This document shows positions 1 to 10,610 of a DNA stretch of 51,125 bases, piece after piece. The position numbers and the translations under genes were made by a program. Every line of letters starts with the position of its first letter. Within the stretch, counting starts at the first letter, position 1. The DNA lies in NCBI GenBank assembly GCA_020722095.1, contig DYLM01000006.1, positions 1-51,125 on the forward strand, written 5' to 3'. The notes beneath the pieces are model-generated. The model saw nothing but the letters and a program-made list of their open reading frames with translations, made no database searches and had not been told where the DNA came from. Source of the stretch: Chloroherpeton thalassium (GTDB lineage Bacteria > Bacteroidota > Ignavibacteria > Kapaibacteriales > UBA2268).

Positions 1-21
1 GAACACAAAATAGAATAAATT

Positions 22-40
22 GACTTATGATGCAGCCTCT
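22..40. repeat. Right terminus of the AGAGGCTGTCTCATAAGTC-family element (rest lies outside the window)
   Basis: gacttatgatgcagcctct matches gacttatgagacagcctct (13788-13806) at 17/19. Confidence 0.7.
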
Positions 41-56
41 GATAAATTTTCTTTTT

Positions 57-89
57 AACCTTCCGAAGGTTTCAAACCTTCGGAAGGTT
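57..89. repeat. REP-like perfect palindrome, possibly also the aconitase terminator
   Basis: aaccttccgaaggttt-c-aaaccttcggaaggtt: 16-bp perfect inverted repeat, each arm itself near-palindromic. Confidence 0.8.
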
Positions 90-111
90 TTTATTTTGTT
101 TTTTATCATAT

Positions 112-154
112 CCTCCCCCTTTGTCCCCCTCAGTGAGGGGGATTTAGGGGGAGG
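112..154. repeat. C-tract/G-tract nested hairpin (REP-like)
   Basis: cctccccct...agggggagg outer stem and tccccctc-agt-gaggggga inner stem. Confidence 0.7.
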
Positions 155-196
155 CTTCAATTAAATATATATTCCTAATTCCCAGCAGCAAAAATA

Positions 197-2464
197 TTAT
201 GCTTGTTCTTTCATTTTGATTAGATTCAATGCAGAGCCTGCTTTGAACCATTCAATTTGCAAGTGATTATAAGTGTGATTTGCTAAAAATTCATCTGCAG
301 TGCCATCTTTATGATGCAATACAACTGTTAATGGCTTACCTTCGGTGAATTCAGTCAATCCAATAATATCAATAATATCATCTTCTTGCACTTTATTATA
401 ATCATCTTTATTTGCAAAAGTCAAGCCTAACATACCCTGTTTTTTCAAGTTTGTTTCGTGAATACGTGCAAATGATTTTACTAATATTACTTTTATTCCC
501 AAGAAACGAGGTTGCATAGCAGCGTGCTCGCGTGATGAACCTTCACCATAGTTTTCATCACCAACTACAACAGAGCTTATGCCTAATTTCTTATATTCAA
601 GCTGAACTTCCGGAACTCCACCATATTCACCAGTTAATTGATTTTTAACTGAATTTGGAGTATCATTAAAGAAGTTGATTGCACCAGTTAATGTATTTTG
701 AGCAATATTTTGCAAATGACCACGGAAACGCAACCAAGGACCCGCCATCGAAATATGGTCAGTTGTGCATTTGCCTTTTGCTTTCAATAATAATTTTAAT
801 CCCTTATAATCATTTCCGTCCCAAGCGGCAAATGGAGCCAATAATTGCAATCTCTCCGAATCAGGACTAACTGCAACTTGAACAGTAGAGCCGTCTATGG
901 CTGGTGCTTGGTAGCCTAAATCTTCAACAGCAAAGCCTCTTGGTGGCAATTCTTCACCAGTTGGTTCTGGGAATAGAATTTCTCTACCGTCAGCGGTCAT
1001 CACTTTGTCGGTTAATGGATTGAAATCCAATCTGCCCGAGAATGCCATTGCTGTCACTAATTCAGGAGAAGCAACAAAGGCGTGTGTATTTGGATTGCCA
1101 TCATTTCTCTTAGCAAAGTTACGGTTGAATGAAGTAACAATGGAGTTTGGCGTATTTTTTGGCATATTTGTTCTATCCCATTGACCAATACATTGACCAC
1201 AAGCATTAGCCAAAACTTGACCGCCAGCTTTTTCGAATAAATCAATAAAGCCATCGCGCTGAATAGTATAACGAATTTGCTCAGAACCAGGAGTAATATA
1301 GAAATCACCTTTCAATTTTATTCCATTATCCAAAGCAATTTTCACAATTGAAGCAGCACGCGAAATATCTTCATAAGATGAATTAGTACAAGAACCAATC
1401 AAGGCAGCAGAAACCTCTGGGGGCCAGTTGTTTTCTTTAATTGCAGGAGCAATTTCGCCAACAGCAAAAGCACGGTCAGGAGTGAAAGGTCCGTTTATGT
1501 GTGGTTTTAATTCAGAAAGATTAATTTCGATAACTTGATCGAAGTATTTCTCGGGATTTGCCCAAATTTCTGGATCATCAGTAAGATGTTCCTTTACTCC
1601 ATCAGCCAAGTCAGCAACTTCTGTTCTACCAGTTATACGTAAGTACTTACTAATTTTTTCATCATAAGTGAATAATGAATTAGTTGCTCCAATTTCAGCA
1701 CCCATATTACAAATAGTTGCTTTGCCTGTAGCGGAAATTGAATTTGCCCCTTCGCCAAAATATTCAACAATAAAGCCCGTTCCACCTTTAACAGTCAAAA
1801 TCCCCGCAACTTTTAAAATCACATCTTTTGCTGAAGTCCAACCGCTTAATTTGCCAGTTAATTTTACACCTAATAATTTTGGAAATTTCAATTCCCAAGG
1901 CATTCCTGCCATCACATCAACTGCATCTGCTCCACCAACACCAATAGAAACCATACCCAAGCCACCAGCATTAGGTGTGTGCGAGTCAGTTCCAATCATC
2001 ATTCCACCTGGGAAAGCGTAATTCTCAAGTACTACTTGGTGAATAATACCAGCGCCTGGTTTCCAGAAGCCAATACCGTATTTATTGGAAACGGAAGCAA
2101 GAAAATCATAAACTTCGCGATTTGTGATTTGAGCATCTGATAAATCAGCTTTTGCTCCGATTTTTGCTGTAATCAAGTGGTCGCAATGCACAGTGGAAGG
2201 CACTGCTACTTTGGATTTGCCTGCTTGCATAAATTGCAATAGTGCCATTTGAGCTGTTGCGTCCTGCATTGCTACTCTATCAGGGCGGAAATCTACATAA
2301 TCCACACCACGACCAAATTCTTTGGCAAATTCTTGCTCAAAAAGGTGGGTGTAGAGAATTTTTTCGGCATAAGTGAGTGGATGATTGATAACTTTGCGGA
2401 TTTTAGCAAGTTTATTAGGCAAACTTGCATAAAAAGACTTAATCATTTCGATATCGAAAACCAT
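197..2464 (-). CDS. acnA: Aconitate hydratase, mitochondrial-type
   Basis: [38 protein letters not shown], CGx[25 protein letters not shown] motifs; 755 aa. Confidence 0.96.
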   Translation of the reverse strand: MVFDIEMIKSFYASLPNKLAKIRKVINHPLTYAEKILYTHLFEQEFAKEFGRGVDYVDFRPDRVAMQDATAQMALLQFMQAGKSKVAVPSTVHCDHLITAKIGAKADLSDAQITNREVYDFLASVSNKYGIGFWKPGAGIIHQVVLENYAFPGGMMIGTDSHTPNAGGLGMVSIGVGGADAVDVMAGMPWELKFPKLLGVKLTGKLSGWTSAKDVILKVAGILTVKGGTGFIVEYFGEGANSISATGKATICNMGAEIGATNSLFTYDEKISKYLRITGRTEVADLADGVKEHLTDDPEIWANPEKYFDQVIEINLSELKPHINGPFTPDRAFAVGEIAPAIKENNWPPEVSAALIGSCTNSSYEDISRAASIVKIALDNGIKLKGDFYITPGSEQIRYTIQRDGFIDLFEKAGGQVLANACGQCIGQWDRTNMPKNTPNSIVTSFNRNFAKRNDGNPNTHAFVASPELVTAMAFSGRLDFNPLTDKVMTADGREILFPEPTGEELPPRGFAVEDLGYQAPAIDGSTVQVAVSPDSERLQLLAPFAAWDGNDYKGLKLLLKAKGKCTTDHISMAGPWLRFRGHLQNIAQNTLTGAINFFNDTPNSVKNQLTGEYGGVPEVQLEYKKLGISSVVVGDENYGEGSSREHAAMQPRFLGIKVILVKSFARIHETNLKKQGMLGLTFANKDDYNKVQEDDIIDIIGLTEFTEGKPLTVVLHHKDGTADEFLANHTYNHLQIEWFKAGSALNLIKMKEQA

Positions 2465-2571
2465 AATAAATCCTTAATTTAGTTTTTTAAAAAATTGAAA
2501 ATTAATAAATGCAAATTAATTATTTTTATATTTATATTAATATTGTAATCAAAATAAATACAAATTGACTT

Positions 2572-5292
2572 ATGGAAAAATTATATCTTATAGATGGGAT
2601 GTCTTTAGTATTCAGAGCTTACCACGCATTGATAAAATCAGGGTTTCGTTCCCCCGAAGGAGTGCCAACGGGCGCAGTTTTTGGATTTACGAATATCATT
2701 ACAAATTTTTTGACCAAAGAAAATCCCAAAAATATTGCTGTGGCATTCGACACTCAAGCTCCCACATTCCGCAAGGAGAAATTTGATTTTTACAAAGCTA
2801 ATCGTGCTGAATTCCCCGAAGAATTAGAGCCACAAGTGCCTTTAATCAAAGAATTATTGGATTTATTTGGCATCGCCAGAATTGAAATGCAAGGATTTGA
2901 GGCAGATGATATTATCGGGACAATCGCCAAGGAATATTCTGCTAAAAATTATCAAGTTTATTGCATTACAAGTGATAAGGATTTCTATCAATTAATAAAT
3001 GATAATACCTTTATTTTGAAGCCCGCTGGATTTAAAGGAGACGATTTGGAATTGGTTTCTTATTCAGGTGTTTATGATAAATTCGGTGTTGCACCTAATC
3101 AAGTTATAGATGTATTGGCATTAATTGGCGATTCGGTTGATAATATCCCCGGAGTGAAAGGAATTGGGGATAAGACTGCAATTCCACTAATTCAGCAATT
3201 TGGTAATATCGAAAATATTTACGAAAATTTGGATAAAATTGAAAAACAGTCAGTTTTAAATAAACTTATTTCAGATAAAGAAAGTGCATTTATTTCGAAA
3301 GAATTAGCTACAATTGATACTAATGTAAAAATTGACTTTTCCCAAGATATGTTCGCCAAAAAAAGCCCAAAATATAAGGAATTAGATGTTTTTTTCAAAA
3401 AATTAGGTTTTACAAAAATTAGGGAATTTTGGAGAAAGCAAAACCCCGAATTACTAACCACAAAGACTGAAGACAAAATTGAAGATGCGACAGATTTTTC
3501 ATTAAAGTATGAAATATTAGAGCAAGATGACACAAAGAAAATTAGCAAATTAATTGAGCAGATAAAAATTGAAAAAGAATTGATTTTCTCATTTTATTCT
3601 GAAGAATATTCTAAATTTGAATCTAATATTATTAGTTTTGCTTTTTTACTAAATAATACTTGCTACATAATAAATTTCCCCAAAAAAGAACAATCGCAAA
3701 ATTCATTGTTTGGTTCGACTGATGTAAAATCTAATAATTCAGTTCGTAAGGACTTTCAGGTTTTTGCAACCGAAATACTAAATAACAAATCTATTAAAAA
3801 AATATCCTACAATATTAAGCAACAAATTAAGTTAGCCCACAGCCATAATTACACACTCATTGGTGATTATTTTGATATTATGCTTGCCTCGTATTTGATT
3901 AATCCCGATGATAATCATAGCTTTGAAGGATTAATTTTAAAGTATTGCAGCAATCAAAAATTGGAATTAAGTCAGCTTCAAAATCAAAATGAAAAAATTG
4001 CTTCAGAACTTACTTTAATTAAATCAATTTATTCAAAACAGAAGAATTTGATTGAACAAAATAAATTAACAATCTTGGCTGAAACTATTGAATTTCCGTT
4101 ATTAGAAATACTTTCTGCAATGGAAATTCAAGGAGTAAGGATTGATTTACAAGAATTATCTCATATTTCTACCGATTTAGGTAAAGAACTTGACAAGCTC
4201 ACAGACCAAATTTATTATTATTCGGGAGAAAAATTTAACATTGAATCCCCAAAGCAGTTGGGAGTTATTTTATTTGAAAAACTGAAATTACCACCCACTA
4301 AAAAAATTAAGAGTGGCTATAGCACTGATATTTCTGTGCTTACTGATTTATTAGATGCTCATCCGATTATTGAAAATTTAATTGAATACAGACAATTAAC
4401 TAAATTGAAAAATACTTATATTGATAGTCTGCCAAAGATGATTAATCCAAAAACTAAAAATATCCACACAAATTATCAGCAAACAGTTGCTGTAACGGGC
4501 AGACTTTCTTCGATTGACCCGAATTTGCAGAATATTCCAATCAGAACTGATAAAGGAAAAGAAGTGCGAAAAGCATTTGTCTCGTGTTTCAGAAATGGTT
4601 TGGTGATGAGTGCAGATTATTCACAAATCGAGTTGCGTATTATGGCATATTATAGCAAAGATGCTACATTGATGGAAGCATTCCAAAGCAATCAAGATGT
4701 GCATACTCTTACCGCAGCTAGATTGTTCGATAAGAAGTTAGAAGAAGTTGATAGTGAATCCCGCAGAGTTGCAAAGACTGTGAATTTTGGCATTATGTAT
4801 GGGCTGGGAGCATTTGGATTAGCACAAAGATTGAGAATACCACGCAATACAGCTGCAAAAATTATTGATAATTACTTTTATAAATATCCTGGGATAAAAA
4901 AGTACATTAGCGACACAATACAATTTGCTCGCGACAACGGTTATGTGGAAACATTGTTAAATAGAAGAAGATATTTTCCGCAAATCAATCATTCCAATAA
5001 TAACATCAAAACTGCAATGGAAAGAGCAGCAATCAATCATCCAATTCAAGGAACTGCCGCAGATATGATGAAATTAGGAATGATAAATGTTTATAAAGAA
5101 ATGATAAATCATAAGCTACAAAGCAAGATGATTTTGCAAGTTCACGATGAAATTGTTATTGATTTAATCCCAGATGAGGAGCAAATAGTTCGTGAAATTT
5201 TAGAAAAAGAAATGATTAATGCACTTGTTTTGGAAAATGTGCCAATAAAAGTAGAAATTGGCATTGGCAAAAATTGGTTAGAAGCACATTAA
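2572..5292 (+). CDS. polA: DNA polymerase I (3'-5' exonuclease domain degenerate)
   Basis: 5'-nuclease LIDG..FRAYHA, EADDIIGT, GDSVDNIPGVKGIG; polymerase motifs TGRLSSIDPNLQNIP, ADYSQIELR, KTVNFGIMYG, LQVHDE. Confidence 0.98.
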   Translation: MEKLYLIDGMSLVFRAYHALIKSGFRSPEGVPTGAVFGFTNIITNFLTKENPKNIAVAFDTQAPTFRKEKFDFYKANRAEFPEELEPQVPLIKELLDLFGIARIEMQGFEADDIIGTIAKEYSAKNYQVYCITSDKDFYQLINDNTFILKPAGFKGDDLELVSYSGVYDKFGVAPNQVIDVLALIGDSVDNIPGVKGIGDKTAIPLIQQFGNIENIYENLDKIEKQSVLNKLISDKESAFISKELATIDTNVKIDFSQDMFAKKSPKYKELDVFFKKLGFTKIREFWRKQNPELLTTKTEDKIEDATDFSLKYEILEQDDTKKISKLIEQIKIEKELIFSFYSEEYSKFESNIISFAFLLNNTCYIINFPKKEQSQNSLFGSTDVKSNNSVRKDFQVFATEILNNKSIKKISYNIKQQIKLAHSHNYTLIGDYFDIMLASYLINPDDNHSFEGLILKYCSNQKLELSQLQNQNEKIASELTLIKSIYSKQKNLIEQNKLTILAETIEFPLLEILSAMEIQGVRIDLQELSHISTDLGKELDKLTDQIYYYSGEKFNIESPKQLGVILFEKLKLPPTKKIKSGYSTDISVLTDLLDAHPIIENLIEYRQLTKLKNTYIDSLPKMINPKTKNIHTNYQQTVAVTGRLSSIDPNLQNIPIRTDKGKEVRKAFVSCFRNGLVMSADYSQIELRIMAYYSKDATLMEAFQSNQDVHTLTAARLFDKKLEEVDSESRRVAKTVNFGIMYGLGAFGLAQRLRIPRNTAAKIIDNYFYKYPGIKKYISDTIQFARDNGYVETLLNRRRYFPQINHSNNNIKTAMERAAINHPIQGTAADMMKLGMINVYKEMINHKLQSKMILQVHDEIVIDLIPDEEQIVREILEKEMINALVLENVPIKVEIGIGKNWLEAH

Positions 5293-5463
5293 TTTTTTGT
5301 TTATTGCAATAAAGTGAAAATTTATACAAAAAATTTACTCACAAAGCCAAAATATTGCATAAAATTATCAAATCTATTTATGAATTTTATTTTTTATTTT
5401 TAAAAATTATAATTATGATAAATTTAAAATAAACTCAATTAGCACTAAAACATCTTTGAATTA

Positions 5464-5571
5464 TTATGATGAAATCATATTCAGGATAGTTAAATTAATT
5501 ATTCCCGGTGGTAAAGCAAGTACAATACCCGAAATAATACCTGTTGATATAGTTATAATTGTAGCGTCCAA
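5464..5571 (-). pseudogene. Remnant of a LysE-family translocator (N-terminal 35 codons)
   Basis: Manual translation from TTG: MDATIITISTGIISGIVLALPPGIINLTILNMISS*, resembling the LysE N-terminal G-x-x-x-G...PPG-x-x-N motif; followed by two TAA codons and AT-rich sequence. Confidence 0.5.
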
Positions 5572-5615
5572 AAGCCACTTTTTTTATAATTGTAAATACT
5601 AATATTTAAAATTGT

Positions 5616-6479
5616 TTATTCAATAAATGAAGTTAGCAATAAAATAAGTAGAATAATTGGTGCAGTAAACATAATGCTATCCATTCTATCCAAAATCCCG
5701 CCGTGTGCTGACAATAAATTTGAACTATCCTTTATGTTTGCCTCTCGCTTAAAACTTGATTCAATAAAATCACCAACTTGACTTAAAACCGAAATAGTAA
5801 AAATTAATAAAACTAAAATTATATTATGGAAATACAATCCCACAATTTGCAATCCAAAGTAAAAGGTAAGAGCAGCACCAATCATTCCAGCAATGCCACC
5901 TTCCCAGCTTTTTTGGGGGCTGATTGATGGAGCAATTTTATGTTTTCCAAATCTTTTACCGATAAAATATGCCATTGAATCGCCCACCCAAATAGATGCA
6001 AAATAAATTAGCATAAAATATCCAGCAAGGTTCTCAGGGATTATTCTTGCGTCATTATTTCTGATAAAAAAAAGCGAGACAAATGGAATACTAACAAAAA
6101 ACAAACTACCAGATAAAGTCAATATCGTATTAAGTTTGTTATCTTTGATAAAAAATATTATTAATAACAAAATAATAAAATAGTAAAATGGAATTAAAAA
6201 CGAAGAATAAAGAAATGCAAAACTGAAATCAATTAATTTAGGAAAATCAGTGACAAAAAGTAGCCAAGGAATAATAAATAATGAATTAGCAATTGCAATA
6301 AATTGTGTATTTGTAGTATTTTCATTTGGTTTTGCAAGTTTAGCAAATTCCAAAGTCGCTAAATAATTTAGAATAACAATTGCAAATAACAAATAATAAC
6401 TACCAAGCAAAATTAGTACAACTGCAACAGGTATTCCAAGTAATGCTACAAGCACCCTTTTTTGTAATTCAGAGCTCAT
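5616..6479 (-). CDS. cdsA: Phosphatidate cytidylyltransferase (start probably ATG at 6479)
   Basis: Multi-TM; DSMAYFIG, ISPQKSWEG, GDFIESSFKR..IKDS..L..HGGILDRMDS signature. Confidence 0.95.
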   Translation of the reverse strand: MSSELQKRVLVALLGIPVAVVLILLGSYYLLFAIVILNYLATLEFAKLAKPNENTTNTQFIAIANSLFIIPWLLFVTDFPKLIDFSFAFLYSSFLIPFYYFIILLLIIFFIKDNKLNTILTLSGSLFFVSIPFVSLFFIRNNDARIIPENLAGYFMLIYFASIWVGDSMAYFIGKRFGKHKIAPSISPQKSWEGGIAGMIGAALTFYFGLQIVGLYFHNIILVLLIFTISVLSQVGDFIESSFKREANIKDSSNLLSAHGGILDRMDSIMFTAPIILLILLLTSFIE

Positions 6480-6495
6480 TTTAAACCTCAAATTT

Positions 6496-7194
6496 TTATA
6501 TACTTATCAAATTATTTTTCAATATTTTAGGAAATCGTGAATCTACAAACACAAATAATTCTCCTTGATGAATATCAATAATGCAATATTTATCCAAAGT
6601 TCTGTTTCTTGCACCTTCTCGCACACCTAATTCTAATATTTCATTATGCAAATTCCATTGCAAATTATTGGTTGATAATTTTGCTAAACCTTTTGGAATT
6701 AACGAAATTATCTCATCTTTCTCTAATGCAATCTTGGCAGATTTATCCAAACAAAAGCCATAACGATATTTATCAAAAACCAGAATATTTGCTAATTTGG
6801 AGAACTTACTAAGTACGCTCCAATTATTTAAAGAATGCTCGTATTCACCGCCGTGAATGCCAAATACAAGTATGTTTTGCATATTATTTGCAAGTGCATA
6901 TCTTATAGTTTTCTCAAAATCATTTGTTTCTTGTTCGGGTAAATGAATAAGTTTATCTTTTGGGAAATCGTCATAATAAATACTACTATTAAAAGAATCC
7001 AAATCGCCAATTATATAATCAGGTTCAATATTATGTTCAAGCAAATAAATAGCCGCACCATCTGCAGCCAGAATTGGCACATCTTTTAATTGTTTGATTA
7101 TTGATATTTCAGGAATTAATGTGTTTAAACAAATAATAGCATCAAATTTGCCATCTATAAATGATATTTCTTGTATATTTATTTTATCTTTCAT
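6496..7194 (-). CDS. thiN: Thiamine diphosphokinase
   Basis: AADGAA, PDYIIGDLDS, QETNDFEK, G..GG..EHSL.N motifs. Confidence 0.9.
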   Translation of the reverse strand: MKDKINIQEISFIDGKFDAIICLNTLIPEISIIKQLKDVPILAADGAAIYLLEHNIEPDYIIGDLDSFNSSIYYDDFPKDKLIHLPEQETNDFEKTIRYALANNMQNILVFGIHGGEYEHSLNNWSVLSKFSKLANILVFDKYRYGFCLDKSAKIALEKDEIISLIPKGLAKLSTNNLQWNLHNEILELGVREGARNRTLDKYCIIDIHQGELFVFVDSRFPKILKNNLISI

Positions 7195-7205
7195 CGCTAA
7201 ATCAA

Positions 7206-9473
7206 TTAAAATGAATGACCTAAGCCAAAGTTAAACGAGACTGAACCAAAGGGTTTTAACTTGCCCATTGGATCGTAAACTGGTGTTGCTAAATCAAATC
7301 GCACCGGACCAATTGGAGTCTCGTAACGCAAACCAACGCCTGTTCCAACTGCTAATTTGGTAATATAATCTGTGGCTTTTACTTGAATATCTTCATTATC
7401 CAAAAACCAGTGAAAAGCATTTCCAAAATCTAAAAATAATGTTGTTTTCAAACTCTCCACAATGCCTTTCATTGCTTTATTCAATCCACGCGGTTTGGCA
7501 AATCCGAACCTTAGCTCGGCGCTGCCTTCTACAAGAACACCATTTCCAATGAAATTCTGTAAAAATCTGTATGTGTTTTCGCTACCACCAACGCTATCAT
7601 AAGTATACTTTGTATATCTCAAGGTTCGAGGTGCCCAAGCACGAACACTATTTGCTCCGCCCGCAAAAAACTGCCTATCAATTGGCACATAACTATTGCC
7701 CTTTTCGAGCAATCCAATAGCACCGAACTTACCTTTCAAGGCAAGAGTTGTTGTGGGAGTGACTTTGACGAATTTATAATGAGTAAGCTGAAATCTTAAA
7801 AAGCGAGCTAATCCCGAAATTGAAGAATGGAAAAATAATGGATTCCAACCATCAAGCCCAACAAAAGTAAAATAACCACGAGTAGGCGAAAATGGATTAT
7901 TCCGCGAATCGCCCGTTAGTGAAAATCCAATAATATTCGAAGTATAGAAATGGAACACAGGCTGTTTTAAGTATGTATTTAAGTCAGAATATTGGATAAA
8001 TGCTTGTAAAATATTATTCGTATCAGTTGAATTAGAGGCATAGGAAAAAGCCTTTTCCAAAGCTGTCTCGAAATTCAATGGATTTTCCCTTAAAAATTGC
8101 AAATCAATACTTCCACGATTGAAATATGTAATTTTAGGAAACTTTATAATAAATGAAACTGGCACATTAAAAGTTGCAATCGTAAAGTAATTGTTCATTG
8201 ACCTTAACGAATATGTCAAACTTGTAAGCAAAGAAATTCTGCTATTATCAATCGTCCAAAGAAGTGGTTGATTGAATTTAAAACCAAGTTGAGTTTCGTA
8301 TTCGTAATTTCCTGTCATTATTGTAGTGGAAATATCTTTAAGATAAATGTTAGCAAAAGGAGAAAATTCCTGAGCCACATTTAGGAAATTTCGATGGCGA
8401 TAGTTCAATTCCACACCAAAATTAACCAAATTGTCGATTCGTGTTTGATTGAGTGAGAAACCAACTCCGTATTCTTGTTGCTTGCGATAAGATAAAAATA
8501 CTACAAAATTAAGTGTGGAGTCGGTTTGTGGAGCAAAACGTGAAGTTGTATCTATTGCGACAATATCAAATAATCCCAGCGACAAAAAGGCATCTTTTGT
8601 TTGGTTGATTTTATTGAGGCTTACCCACTCGCCTGTTTTAAATTGCATTTGCTCTGTTTTAAGTCCTATGCTAACAATTGGTTGATTGTTTGTGCTATCG
8701 ATGTAATCTATGTCTCCAACCTTAAATCTTTGTAATGAATGAAATTGCACTTCTATAACATCGATTGAATTAATAGTATCGTTTTGGACTGATGGAGTTG
8801 AATATTCAGCATAAAAATATCCATTATTCCTTAAATAATTCTGAATGGTAGAAAAATCAACAGAAAGTCTTGCTTCATCAAAATAATCACCTTTTTTCAC
8901 CTTTTTTCTGTTCTCAATTTGTTGTAAGATTTCTTTAGGTAATAATTCAAAGCCATAGTAAATCACAGAATCTATTCTGAATCTATTACCAGAATTTATC
9001 TCGAACTCCAATATATTTTCTTTTTTGTATGGATTTGGATAAAACTTGTAATTTACTATTGCTTGGTGATAACCATTTATTTGATAGAAATTTCGTATTG
9101 ATTCTACATCATTAGATGCTGTGTTTTTATCAAATATTGTTGAATTATCGTGCAAATCAGTTAAACCAATTTGAAATTCCTTCATTAGAAATTTGGGGGT
9201 AGATGTATTCTTTTCAAATTGGGAATACATCGCTGAGAAGAATCGATATGGAAAATTGCTTTCTGTTGGTTGCGACACAATTAAATCGGGCAAGTTTTGA
9301 ATAAGTTGCGAACTTGTATCAATAAAAATAATTTTGTTAATTTCAAAAATATCTGGATTAATTAAAGAAGGATATAAATTTTTAGAAATCAAATTTCCTT
9401 GACTTTTTAAATTCAAAAAAGACAAAAGGAAAATAAATAAACCCAAAAATAATATGTTAAATGTTCTAACCAA
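7206..9473 (-). CDS. Omp85-family (BamA/TamA-like) outer membrane protein
   Basis: Signal peptide, POTRA-like segments (Y..NGY), FAGGANSVRAW, GLRYETPIGPVRFD, C-terminal GLGHSF. Confidence 0.92.
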   Translation of the reverse strand: MVRTFNILFLGLFIFLLSFLNLKSQGNLISKNLYPSLINPDIFEINKIIFIDTSSQLIQNLPDLIVSQPTESNFPYRFFSAMYSQFEKNTSTPKFLMKEFQIGLTDLHDNSTIFDKNTASNDVESIRNFYQINGYHQAIVNYKFYPNPYKKENILEFEINSGNRFRIDSVIYYGFELLPKEILQQIENRKKVKKGDYFDEARLSVDFSTIQNYLRNNGYFYAEYSTPSVQNDTINSIDVIEVQFHSLQRFKVGDIDYIDSTNNQPIVSIGLKTEQMQFKTGEWVSLNKINQTKDAFLSLGLFDIVAIDTTSRFAPQTDSTLNFVVFLSYRKQQEYGVGFSLNQTRIDNLVNFGVELNYRHRNFLNVAQEFSPFANIYLKDISTTIMTGNYEYETQLGFKFNQPLLWTIDNSRISLLTSLTYSLRSMNNYFTIATFNVPVSFIIKFPKITYFNRGSIDLQFLRENPLNFETALEKAFSYASNSTDTNNILQAFIQYSDLNTYLKQPVFHFYTSNIIGFSLTGDSRNNPFSPTRGYFTFVGLDGWNPLFFHSSISGLARFLRFQLTHYKFVKVTPTTTLALKGKFGAIGLLEKGNSYVPIDRQFFAGGANSVRAWAPRTLRYTKYTYDSVGGSENTYRFLQNFIGNGVLVEGSAELRFGFAKPRGLNKAMKGIVESLKTTLFLDFGNAFHWFLDNEDIQVKATDYITKLAVGTGVGLRYETPIGPVRFDLATPVYDPMGKLKPFGSVSFNFGLGHSF

Positions 9474-9652
9474 AAATTCTAATAATCTACAAATAAAAAA
9501 TTCAAAAAAACAAATTTATCAAAAAGTTATTTATTATCAAGAAAAATTCAACTAATTATTTTTAATAGTTATTATTTCTTTTACAAAATAATAAAAAAAA
9601 TAAAATTTCTAATCAATTTTTTGTAAATTGTATTTTCTAATATTTTAAATTA

Positions 9653-10426
9653 ATGAATAATAATTTATACTTTTTATTTTGTGTATTTCTGTTTAATACA
9701 CTTTTGAGCATACAAATTTGCAATGCAGGAAATGCTGACACATTGGATAAAAAGGAGAATTCGCTAACCTTATCGTTTAGCCAAGATCCGGCTTTTGGCT
9801 TTTATCCAAGTGTAAATGGCTATAACCAAATAAATGATACTTGGGCTTTTACTTATTATGGAGTATTTTGGACTCAAGATTTGCTGGGAGGAAATCAAGG
9901 TGGCTTGAATTTGCCCGTTGAGTTAGGCATTGGTATAGACTATTCACTCTTTGATGGCATAGTTAGCATCAATCCCGTGATAGGAGTTGGTCACGGGAAT
10001 TATCAATCTGGCGGCGGACGACCAGTAATTTTTGACGACATTGTCCCAGCGATTTTTGTAATACTATCTTCTAGAAAATCAACTTATGAATTTGGTTCGG
10101 TAAATTGGCTTTCACTTAGGAAGGAAAGCAATACAGAACCGCTAAGAAATCAATTTGAAAATTACTTGATTACCAACCATCAATTGACAAAATTATTCTC
10201 CTATGGACTATACATTGATTTATTCTCCACAAGTGATAAATATCCCAGCGGAAAAATTGAATCAGAAATTTCTGCTTTATGGATTGGACCCAGCTTTAGC
10301 TTCACATCAAATAGTTCTGCTAATCTATGGTTTTCTTTAGGTGCAGATTTAGTTGATTATGCAAAGAAAATAAACAATCCCAAAATCAAAGATTTTTATA
10401 AATTAGTTTTGAAATTTGAAATTTAA
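9653..10426 (+). CDS. Exported hypothetical protein, probable small outer-membrane beta-barrel (DUF6733-like)
   Basis: Signal peptide; QDPAFGFYP and YGVFWT motifs; alternating aromatic/hydrophobic strands, C-terminus YKLVLKFEI. Confidence 0.55.
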   Translation: MNNNLYFLFCVFLFNTLLSIQICNAGNADTLDKKENSLTLSFSQDPAFGFYPSVNGYNQINDTWAFTYYGVFWTQDLLGGNQGGLNLPVELGIGIDYSLFDGIVSINPVIGVGHGNYQSGGGRPVIFDDIVPAIFVILSSRKSTYEFGSVNWLSLRKESNTEPLRNQFENYLITNHQLTKLFSYGLYIDLFSTSDKYPSGKIESEISALWIGPSFSFTSNSSANLWFSLGADLVDYAKKINNPKIKDFYKLVLKFEI

Positions 10427-10610
10427 AAGGGCATTACTTATTCTTATTTTTATATTTCATTATCAATTAGTGGCTGTTTTATAATTAAGATTTTACAGAA
10501 CAATCTCCATCAATCAAGATATGGCTTAAAGTGAATTATATCTAATCAATAACCTTATTTTCATTATTAACCTTATTAGAAATAATTTCCATTTTGACCC
10601 CAAAATTTTA

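Noticed and set aside
6496-7205. TPP riboswitch near thiN
   Set aside because: The gene is operon-internal with an 11-bp gap upstream, leaving no room for an aptamer.
10430-10535. Possible gene remnant (…LSISGC…, EQSPSI in another frame) after the barrel gene
   Set aside because: Too short and frame-inconsistent to assign by eye.
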